Assembly (NCBI RefSeq): GCF_000181795.1
Contig: NW_003526945.1
Location: 2,467,930 to 2,500,282, forward strand
Length of the DNA: 32,353 nt
Direction: 5' to 3'
DNA from: Trichinella spiralis
Lineage: Eukaryota
Shown here piece after piece: positions 1 through 10,896 of the stretch; position 1 is the stretch's first letter, and each line of letters starts with the position of its first letter. Position numbers and translations under genes: made by a program. The notes beneath the pieces were generated by a model. It ran no database searches and had not been told where the DNA came from. It saw only the letters and a program-made list of their open reading frames with translations.

Positions 1-2081
1 ACTTTAGAAGCCAATGTTTTTACAACGTTATCCTACAGAGATAACAAAAATCACTTTTTGCGTATATTTATTTATAAGATATTAAATAATATTCACATCC
101 AAATATTAATTATAGCCTACTAGTTTAAAATTGTAAATTTGAATAAAATAAATTTGCATTTCCTTCAAGATAAGATAATAAAATTTTGCCGTGAGTTCAG
201 TCAGTATTGAAGATTTTAGGCTAACAATGAACACGCTTGACAACTGAGAATCTGCAAAAGAAAGTTCCCAGGTAAGTTGCTGTTGCTGTTGTCTTTTTTT
301 TAACTTTTTTCCCATTCACAATTGCTATTATACAATGATTGAAGCGCGTTTGAAAAAAAGCCGATTAACAAAAATGAGTATGAGCAAAAAAAACAACAAC
401 AACATGCGATAAACAGTGTATTTACATTTGATGAAATTATTGGGTGAGTTTTTGTGAAAGGAAAACGTAAAAATAAAAGAAAAAAGATATCCAAATTGGC
501 AGCTAATAAAATTTTGGCTATTGGCTGCCATGTTTGGTAAAATGAAGCAAAAAAACGAGTTGAATCGAAACAAAGTTCGCACCGGTTGGCCATAATTCCA
601 TTAACAGTCAACTGGATGCTTAATTCCCAGTGGAAGCTGCACAAGAGTAGAAGAGACGAAGCAAGCATACACACAGAAAAAAAACATAAAAATAAAAATT
701 TCTTGTTTCTGCATAATAGCGATAGTTGCTGCAGCAGAAGCCAGACTAAGAAGCAGAATTGGAGAAAAGGGAAGAAAGAAAGGGCATATAGATAATAAAT
801 ACGGACACTAATCGATAAATAAGCTTATTTTAGGAACGCTTAAAGAATTTGCAAGCAGTAGCTGAAAATGCATCGCGCACGCACACAGAGGCAACACATA
901 AAAATGTAAAATTTGAAATCAAGAACAGAGCAAGCAAAACCCTTCCACGCGTTGTATATTGCACTTTACAAAAAGCGTACAATTTTAAAACATGGATTTT
1001 ACTATTGGAAATATGAATTATGATCAGCAGAGCAACTGAAGCATCAGACTTAGCAAATCTGACGTTTTTACGATATGCTTCCCCGCGATTAAACTCCATG
1101 AACATGAAGCAGTGCAAACCGGATTGATGAGCAGCGTAATCTCTTGCACGAGAAACTTTTTTTTCTATTATTGCCGAAAAAACATTACATTTGATGTCGT
1201 CATTACAGGCCCTTTACCAGAAGGCTGTTCATATCGAATCAATGCAGGCAGGTATTGCTGCTGATTTTTCTTTTCTTCCACAACTCACAATGAAAGCTTT
1301 ACGAAAAATTTTGCAAATCAGAGCAAACCTTTTGCAATTATATTTGCATTGATTGTATCTACAACTTTGTATTTAGTGGATTTTGCAAAAATTTTCATCT
1401 TTAAACAAAATTCAATCTCTTCGAATAATTTGCATGTCACAAGTTGAGAATAATAAAACACCTAGTTATATTGAAAGTTGAAGCAGCTAATTTGAATAGT
1501 TGCAAAATGAGAAAATCACTTTCATCTCCTTTTGAAATTTCACTGCATATTGCTATACGATAGTGAATTGGTTAAGGCTTCGCGCGCGCGTGATTAGGGT
1601 TTCCTGATTTTTGAAAATAATGCATCAAGCACATGAAGGGATGTTTTTCAACCGTGTACTAACTAGCAAATAAAATTTTTCCAATGCTTATCATTTATAC
1701 AAGGTAAAAGTTTTATTTTTGAACGTGATTTTCCAATTACAACAACAATAACACTAATACATTACTACACAAATATTGTACAGTGTAATTTTTAAAGTCA
1801 CATAAAGGTGTGCCATCATTTATTTCACTTTGGACAAACTTTAATAAGCATTAATCGCATCAATTCGAACGTTAAGTCTGATTTAATTGACCAAGTCAAT
1901 AAGTTAAAATGATTTATCTAAAAAAAATCGATCCAATTGCTAAATTTGTTAGTCAGAGTGTAAAGTTTATCATCATTGCACGACTGTTGTTTTCAAACCG
2001 TCTCCAACCGAGAAGTATAGAACGGTAAATTGAAGGAATAGGCACAAAATATATATATATATTAATACTTCAATCAATCAT

Positions 2082-2110
2082 TTAAATTAAATTAAATTAA
2101 ATTAAATTAA
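2082..2110. repeat. (TTAAA)n microsatellite
   Basis: About six tandem TTAAA units. Confidence 0.8.
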
Positions 2111-3153
2111 TAAACTGCATATTTGTTTTTCACACTCAACTTCACATTTAGTTTTAAATTCAAAAGTATTACATTGAAATATTTGAAATAATATATTGCA
2201 TTCGTATTATTGTAAATTTATGCATCGTTGCAATTGGAAATTTAAAAACTTGTTGTGAATTTAAAAAAATGTAAATTTTGAAACAATATTATAATTTAAA
2301 ATGATTAATGTTGTTGTCTGTTTGTTAGGGATATTTCAACTGGCAGTGCTCAAGTAGAGGGGGGGGGGAAATTTTTGTAGAACATATAGTATTATTAAGG
2401 GGAAGAAAACTTATTACAACTTACCACGTTGGAGAAGGAAAATAAAAAAGATGGCAGATGGCTAAACACAGCTTATTTCAGCTTTAAGATAAATCAAACG
2501 AGCGGTAGACAGTGCCAGGCAAAATCTAGCCGATTGCATAAGCTAGCTAAGCGCTACGTCAAAATTTATCTGTCTCCAGCTATTAATCGTAGAGATGACA
2601 AGTCAGCTAACTAACGAATACGCAAGTCAGTTCACGACGTAGTGCCGAGTGCATGATTGAGAGCTTTTTTTACGACGTGTGTAAATTACTTGTGGCGAAA
2701 ATTGATCACTTTACTTTTTTAAAGAATAGAAGAGGCTGCACAGATACAATGAAGTCGCTTTTGCCTCGTCTGACATGTTCACACGATGAGATTTACTTCA
2801 CCTACTTACTAACTAGCCTAGCCAATACTGTTTCACCATTAATATGAAAAATCATCATGCTAAACAAAACTCTTCTTAGTCATTTTTAAAAAAGCAAAAT
2901 CCACCGCAACCCAATCACCACAGTCCAAACGTCACCAACAGTCTCCTCCTACTCCACTGAAATGCCGCGGCACAACTGACTGACTACCCACATTTTTAAT
3001 AACCGCAATATTTTCCTGCTTTGAAACAAAAAATTTTTAAGTTTTTTTTCTATATACTGTTGCCCATTATTTATTTTAAATGCGCGCAAAAATTGGTGCA
3101 TTACCTCTTGCAGCTATTTTCTAATGTGCCTAAAGTGAATTGATCACACTTAC

Positions 3154-6100
3154 CGCTGCACACAGTTTGCACGAAAAGCGACGTAAATTTGCCGTAATAC
3201 ATGCCGGAGTTGAACTGATATTTCCAAAAGCAGTCATAGCTCGCAAATTATTTCCATAATGGGACAGTTGCATCGGCGTTGGAATCAACGACGGAGCTTG
3301 GTATCCAGCGTGAGACATTGATGTATAAAACAACGGTGAAGGTACTGGACGTGGACTTCCACTGCCAGTTGAATTGCTTTGAGTGCGACACAAATTAGAC
3401 GCCACCGGTGATGGATAAATGCCACTACCGCCAACTGGAACTACTGAATTTACGCCAAATCCTGATACAGGCAATGCCAATGGCATAGAAGTGGAAGATT
3501 CAACATTTACATCTCCTTGATAATTGTCTAAATGTTATTTATTTTTATATCATTCTGCATACAACAAGCATGAAATCATTTTTGTGTGAAGTAAATTTCA
3601 AAGAACTTTTCATGTTCATAATTAAAAGTTCAAATAATGGAAACTTCGACATTCAGATATTTTATCGTTTTGGTAAGTTGTTTTTTCTGAAAACTTTTAA
3701 AATTTCTGTTCAACATATATTGTGTATATTATACATGAGCGAATAATAATGATAATCTCGAATAGTTTATATACATTCAAAAAAGCTATTTCATTAAATT
3801 AAGCAAAAATTCGATAACATGATTGTAATGAAACATAAAACCTTCTACCAACACGTAACACGCAACATTATTATTCATACTTAATTTATAATATTTACAG
3901 TAGTCATTTGCACTTCAACTGTACAAGCAAATTGCCGCAATATGTCTAACAAATTGGGTATATTTTTGTGAATTCTGTTCAATCAGCAGTGCAATTGTGC
4001 AGTTTAAAATTTTGTGCAAATTTAATAATTAACAGAATGAAAAAAATGGTCCAAATTGATTTTTGTAAAAATTCACTGACTCTTCAATAATATTGAGTGT
4101 AATTTGAAAAACAAAAACGGAACTCCCAGCTGACTGAATGCAGACTGAAATACGTTACTTTGTTTTACAGTGCATTTTATCATTACAGTATATGATAAAT
4201 TATTCATCTCAATACTACATTAAACAAATTGATAATGTAAATGTTTTTCAACTGTAATCTCGAGAAATGTATTTTTGTGTTGTTGTGTTGTTTACGAAGA
4301 ATTGGTTTTTTATTAAAAAGTTTTTGGTGTGAAAATATCTTTTGCAATAATAGGTAAATCGTGCACTTATAAAGGCAATAAATATTCAAACGAACGATAT
4401 CAATCACCAGTTTGAACAGATGACGTAAGAAATCTTTAAAATCAATCAATCAGCCAATCATTTAATCAATCAATCAATCAGTCAACATAAGTTTCAAAAG
4501 CAACCAATTTTTAAATTAAAATTCTCTACTGAAATCAAAAAACAAAATTAAAAAAAATAAACAACACTGAATAATGCAACTTACACATGCATTTATTTAT
4601 TTATTTTTATTTATTTATATACTTTTCACAATTCTTTATTTTGACCATAGGTTACTGTTTTATAGTATTTATGTTTTGAGAGTAATAAGAAATACAGCAA
4701 TTTAAATAATGTATTTATTTGTTAGCTCCGCTTTTAAATAAATGACCACACAATTGGCACTTAATGAACAATATAGCCAAAAGTATTTTGTATTTCTTAG
4801 TATTTATTGTTTCATCTTCATAATATGATAAAATACACTTATTCACCAAATTTATCTGGAAACCTGTAAATCATTAATAAAATAATAAAGTTCAAAGAAA
4901 ATTTACATGTAACGCTTTATATGCTGAAAGAAAATAAATTACCGAGACATGGAAATTATTTCACATTTGATAAAAAGTTTTATTTCATCAAAGTGTTGGA
5001 AAAAGTAAAACATTTTCAGCTAATTTAAAACTCAAGCAGTGTATGTTTTAACTGATTTAAAAACTAAAATAATTATTATTTCTAGTAAAAGTTTTGCTTG
5101 ATTTATAATCACTGTTGATTTAATGCATAAGAAAGATTAAAATGGAACGACAAACAAGGAAATCATGAGATAATTATTGCTTATTTTAGCATAAAGAGAT
5201 AATCCAAAGGTAGGAGTAAAGCAATTTGAATTTCTTTATACAGTATGCATCTGTTTATCAATTATCAAACGATTAGAACAGTAATCCACCAATTTGTTTA
5301 TTTTGAAATATCAACTTTTAACAAATAGCATTGAAATATGCAAAAGTAGAAGCAACAAAGTCTCTTTCATGCAACAGAAAAAAATCTACTCCTCTTCAGC
5401 ATATGAAATTGTAAGTACGATTAGTTTTCAATTTTCATTTGTTTGGTATTGAAAATTCTTCACAGTTTATATCACATAATAATACTGATACAATTTACTT
5501 CAAATGATTTACATAATGTTTAAATTTATAGATGGTTTCAGTTAATTTAAACGTTTTCTAAACTAATTATAACCACTTAACCATTTAACAAGTACACATT
5601 GCAAAAAATAAATGTATCAAAGTTTTGTTTGCAAGCTTTTATATTTAGCGAATTATTTAAGTTTATGCAACTATTTTTCTGTCTTGACTGATAATTTCTT
5701 GCTTGCATTGCGGCAGCTTGAACAGAAATGTAATAATCTTCGATTAATTAAATTAAAAACTGAAAAAATACTTTTTATTGTCTTAAAAATATTCTGAGAT
5801 GAATTTATTCTTTTCTTAATATTAACATAAAATATTATTTTTCACATCAATACAGATTTGAATAATTCGTTCATAAGATCAAGTGTAAAATGTTAATACT
5901 ACTGAAAACGGGAATCTTTTTGCCTTGATTAACTCCTCTACTACAATTCTGTTTTGCAACAGCAATATTTATTTTGCGCAAGCGAGCAATGTAATTTGCA
6001 TTTTGCACTGACATTTGCATACGCATAAATGAGTACTCGCTATTTTTCTTAGTAGACGTTACATTGCTAATGAATACTTTTACTTTACTTTGGGAACATG

Positions 6101-6365
6101 CATCTTTATGCTTAATCTTAAAATTATCTTAAATTAAAAATGCAAGCACAAGCATGCGTTTACATTTAGTAAAAAGTTTTTATAAAGAAAATACAAAAAA
6201 AAACTTTTTTCAATGATGGTATACTGTATAGTTGGATATTTATGACTTGAACCTATTTTGTTGTACAATTTTTTAAAATACAGCATATATATGTAACAGT
6301 TATTCAATCATACCTCTTGATTGTTGCAGGTTTACTGAATTTTCATTTCCATTTATCATCGCCAT
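3154..6365 (-). CDS. Unidentified gene, partial: coding exons complement(join(3154..3527,6314..6365)); Ser/Pro/Gly-rich N-terminal region ending RRFSCKLCAA at a splice donor; the rest is probably left of the window or unresolved
   Basis: The 374-nt GC-richer open exon is flanked by a CATTTAG acceptor (3528) and a GCG|GTAAGT donor (3153). The upstream exon 6314..6385 (TTTAG / GAG|GTATGA) is phase-compatible and contains ACAATGG at 6365, giving MAMINGNENSVNLQQSRDNYQGDVNVESSTSMPLALP...ANLRRFSCKLCAA. No family was recognised. Confidence 0.6.
3521..3554. repeat. 34-bp exact direct repeat, copy 1 (spans the acceptor of exon 3154..3527)
   Basis: TAATTGTCTAAATGTTATTTATTTTTATATCATT is identical to 8341..8374. 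Confidence 0.9.
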
Positions 6366-7068
6366 TGTATTTTTTTGAACTTTATCTAAAATAGTATTTT
6401 ATTAAAACAGATTTAGTAGACTAGCAAGTTGAAATATCGAAACGACTAAAACATGAAGGAATTTTTAATTTCAAATATAGCAAAAATACTCGTTTGGTTT
6501 TCCAAAAAAATACAATTTAAAAAACTGCAAGTTGTCAATATTAGTAGCCAGCATTTTGAATGCATGTTGCAAAAGTGTATGAAAAAAGTTTGATTTGTAA
6601 ATAAACGTTTGAAAACTCAGCAACTTTTAAGCTTCAATGTTGAACAAAGTTTTCACCCTTCTCCACTAGTGGTCAAAGAATGACTATATAAACAAGGTAT
6701 AAAAGCAATTATACTAACAAAAATTTTATTTCTTACTAAAATTGCAACAGAGAATGCTGTTTCGTTTGAAAGTGAAAAATATTTACATTTTTCGATTATG
6801 ATAAAGCATGCTGAATCTTTTTTTATACAATTTCTATAAATACATTAAATTGTGTATTCTTTCTTTTTCAATCCAAAGTTTCACAAAATGAATGATATCA
6901 GTAGTTTCTTTTTCAATTTTACAAAAATATGAAAAACTCTTTCATCCAGTTCCCATGTCTCACTGATAAAAGAAAAGTGCAATTACTATGCAAAAATCGT
7001 ATATTCAATTTTAGAATGGCTAAAAATAAAACACATGGAAATGTATATAAATAAATATATATAAATGT

Positions 7069-7091
7069 ATATATATATATATATATATATA
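7069..7091. repeat. (AT)n microsatellite
   Basis: Uninterrupted AT dinucleotide run. Confidence 0.85.
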
Positions 7092-7983
7092 CATGTGGGC
7101 AGCAAATGAAACTCAGACATTGCAAACGCATGTATCAGTAACATTCAGATATAAAAGCTTCTATTGATAAATTTGAAACATAAGAGAGAAAACATTTTCG
7201 TATTTCACAACTATGAAAGATTGATCTTACTTCCGCATATTGCAAGGTTACTTCCGAGTTAGCCTTAAAGAAAATGGTAGACAGAATTTCAGATAATTTC
7301 TGCAAAATCCACCTCATTTATTTGCGATTATATTTCATCCTGGCACTGCACATGTCAGTGCCTTTGTCTTCATGTGAAAAAGATTTCTCTTCTTTTTCAT
7401 TGAATACTATTTTTATTCTTGTCTAGAAAATTAATCACAATTTTGACAGTTCAGCATGAAGCAAGCTGACAGACAATAGGTTCATACTAAAGAAGCGGCT
7501 ACTTCCGCATTCAAAATTTTTCACCTGTGAAAGCTGTTGTCTTTTTAGTCAGATGAGTGACTGAATTTTTAAAAAATGTACAATGCGTATCCACCATTAA
7601 TACACTAGCATAGAAGAAAGCCATGAATCATTTCTAACTATCCGTAAAGACTCTGGCTCTTTTTAATTAACTGATCACATGTTGCTTTTGTTTACTGAAA
7701 CTGTTAAATTTAAAAGTAACTTGATTGGATAGTAACACTTTTAAAAAATGATTTTCCATGCTTGAATGTCAAGCCTTTATCTAATGATCTTATTACATAA
7801 AAGTTTTCTGCCTAATTCCTCATCTCCAATTTTGGTGTTTAAATTATTTTGTAATGCTTCTTTGAAATTAATACTGAAAGAATTTAAAATTATTTTACAA
7901 CATGGAATAACTTCTACTCGATTAATTTATATGTAATAAAACATCATATATATATACATACATATATATGATATACATAGATG

Positions 7984-8033
7984 CATACATACATACATAC
8001 ATATATATATATATATGTATGTATGTATGTATG
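7984..8033. repeat. Perfect 50-bp palindrome built from microsatellites: (CATA)4C-(AT)8-G(TATG)4
   Basis: The 17-nt arms CATACATACATACATAC and GTATGTATGTATGTATG are exact reverse complements around a self-complementary (AT)8. Confidence 0.85.
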
Positions 8034-8340
8034 TATATGTAATGCAATTTATTTATGAACTTTACAATTTTTGACACTTTACATAATAAGTTTGATATTT
8101 TCATTGTTACAATTCAAATGTCTCAACTACCTTTTACTAAATTTGGCCAAGTTGTTACAGCATCATAACATATTTATTATGTTACTTCCTGCAATCATTA
8201 TATTGCTGAAATATTTTACTAAAGTTTAAAAAAACTGCTTTTAGAGTTGTGAAATTTAACACACTCTTAATGAAATTATTATCAGCATGCATGCGTACAA
8301 GCAGTGGCAAAGCTTCAAATACACTTGAATTTAAATTTGT

Positions 8341-8374
8341 TAATTGTCTAAATGTTATTTATTTTTATATCATT
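8341..8374. repeat. 34-bp exact direct repeat, copy 2
   Basis: Identical to 3521..3554, offset 4820 bp; the flanks differ on both sides. Confidence 0.9.
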
Positions 8375-8649
8375 GTATAGCATTATTATAGCAATATTTA
8401 ACAAAATGTGCAAAGGAACAACAACACATTGTAAGAACATTTATGCATCTTTGGAAGAAAAAAGTAAAGTTACTTCTTCTTAAAAAACCACAAAGCAAAC
8501 AGCTTCATATCTTTAACTTTAAAAGTCATCAAATGTTGGTTACAGTCATTATCAGTATAAAAAATACAAAAACGTTCAAAATTATCAATTTAACAAATAA
8601 AAAAGAATAAATTTGTTTAATTTATACGTTTTTTCACATTGAAGCTTAC

Positions 8650-8723
8650 CTGACTTGTTGAAAAGAAAAAGTGTTTGTGATATGAACGTGGCTGTACCAG
8701 TCAGTCCGCTTATGCTAGATACT
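8650..8723 (-). other. Probable upstream exon (5'UTR or N-terminal coding) of the unidentified minus-strand gene
   Basis: Strong TTTTTCAG acceptor (8724) and CAG|GTAAGC donor (8649). The only open frame (VSSISGLTGTATFISQTLFLFNKS) is phase-compatible with exon 6314..6385. Confidence 0.5.
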
Positions 8724-10820
8724 CTGAAAAAGTAAAAAAAGTATGATCATAAATCAAGCCTATTTATTCAAGCTGTCATGAAATTTTTCTCAGCAAGCAC
8801 ATACTGTGTTCATGTGACATATATCAATAAGGTAAAAAAGCACAAGCACCTCCTCCTCATTCTCTTAGCAATCCATTATAAACTACTTTTTTAAAGAAGA
8901 TGCTGTAATGAGTGAAGTATAAAAAATGTTTATATATTTATTGAAGCGTCGAAGGATTATAAAAATTGAAATGAAACCAATATGTTGGTTTGTTTCGATA
9001 GTTCAGTTGTTCATAAAAACAATTCTGTTTGGCTTACTGAAATTATTTATCGTTATTCTTGCTGTCGTAAAATTCAGAGAAAGAGTGAGGTGAGAACAGA
9101 CAGAGAGAAGTTAAAAGAAGTGAAACACTAGCAATAAATGCATGCGATTGGCTTCATCAACCAATCACAAGCGGTGTTCACTCCAACGCCGGAAATTTTA
9201 GAAAAAGCGAAGATGTTGGAAGCCAGCAGTGCAATAGGAGGAAGTTGTGAAATTCTTATTCCTTAAAAAAGTTACAGAATACTTTTATACAAGTGATATG
9301 CATTATTATTTTATGCAGAACACCTGTAGGCGTGGATTCTGTACAGAGAAGCATAAACGGGAAGAATTCGGGGTCAAAAGCAATCACGCACAACATGCCA
9401 ACAGGCAACAAAGAATAAAAGCAAAATTTAAACGTGCAGACAATTTGCGTCTAGCCAGCTTTGAAATTTTTTTACAATGCATTCACATTTGGAAATATTG
9501 CAACTTATTTTTGCTGATGTAAAGCAGAAAGTTCTTACGTGTATTTCGAGGTTCTTTTTTTCCAAACGGATGCTTCACTCAGCTATGCACACTTCCGTCC
9601 ACTACCGAATCGTTCTTCTTTACGATGTTCACTTATTATAATCTCCAAATGAATAATAATGCGCCACTTATTTATTTATTTATTTTATTATTAAATTTGT
9701 TCAATAAGAAAGTTTTTATCAATTTTTTACCAACCTATGCATGCATGCAAATCAGCTGCTCTCAGTGCGTCTGTTCGTCGATTCTGTTAAGCAGATTTTG
9801 TATTTTTACTTTGAAATTTTCAAATTAACTATTCAAATAGATATTTAGCTAATATTTTACCGTTCGGAGAATATTTATGGATAATTAAAAAATCTGTATG
9901 TTATACAAAAGTGAACATCTCACCATTATTTTAGGATTCTTACAAAATAAATAGCATGCACAGAAAGCAGAAGCGATTTCGAAATTTCCACATGATCGCA
10001 GTTTGTGTTTCTTAGAGTAATTAATCATTATGAATCGAATGAATTATTAAAATAAAACAATGGAATTTCATTGCAGAATTGTTTTGCAGAATGTATTTCT
10101 TTTTACTACAGAGAATAAATAATGTAAAGATTGAATAATAAATAGAGCATCCGCTAATCCTGGTTTAAGTTATTTGTGATCAAACTTATATGCTTTGAAT
10201 GTTTCCAAATTGTTTTGCGTACAATATTTTGCTGAACTGTCAATTTCTTTAGCAATGTTTTTATTTCATATACACTGACAACATGATTAATAAAAAAAAA
10301 GAATTCTTTCGAGCATTTCAGAACACCAATTATTACGCTTCAGAATGGATTGTAAAAGGTTAATAAGGTTGCAGTTTTATTTGCATTTGTAATGCAAAGT
10401 AGAGCAGAATTAGCATTGCAAATTGAATTATTATATGAATATAATGGTCAAAGTAAAGTCAATGCTTATTTATTTGAAGTATCATTTCTAACGAAAAGCT
10501 GACTGACAACTTAGTTTGCATGCACCTTTAAAATACACAAACTGTACTTTAAAATTAGCATCTGCAGAGTTTATTTTTGGAACGTGAAAATGATTTGAAA
10601 TTTTCAGGAAAAAATATATTCTTTACAGAATATGCAACATTCCTTTTTTGGCGTGTGATTGAAATCAACAATTTTATATAATAGATGGTCTGTCACCATG
10701 ACAATCAATGAATGGTTTTGACAATCGTTGCTAGTGATGTTTGGAGAGATATTTTTTGTTGAAAACAAGATCAGTTTGTTGACAGAGTCAGAATTCAAAC
10801 TGATCAAAATTATGGCTTAC

Positions 10821-10896
10821 CGATCAATGAGTAAGCACAACCAATGAGGTGTAGAATATAAGCTCTGCCGTAAAGTGTAAAAGCAATTCTTTCCAC
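10821..10896 (-). other. Possible further upstream exon of the unidentified minus-strand gene
   Basis: TTTTGAACAG acceptor (10897) and TCG|GTAAGC donor (10820). One open frame is phase-compatible with exon 8650..8723. Confidence 0.35.

Noticed and set aside
106..2847. Short ORFs in the track (300..674, 328..582, 586..795, 830..1117, 2429..2614, 2653..2847)
   Set aside because: Low-complexity F/L/I/K-rich translations typical of AT-rich non-coding DNA, often with non-ATG starts and no recognisable domain.
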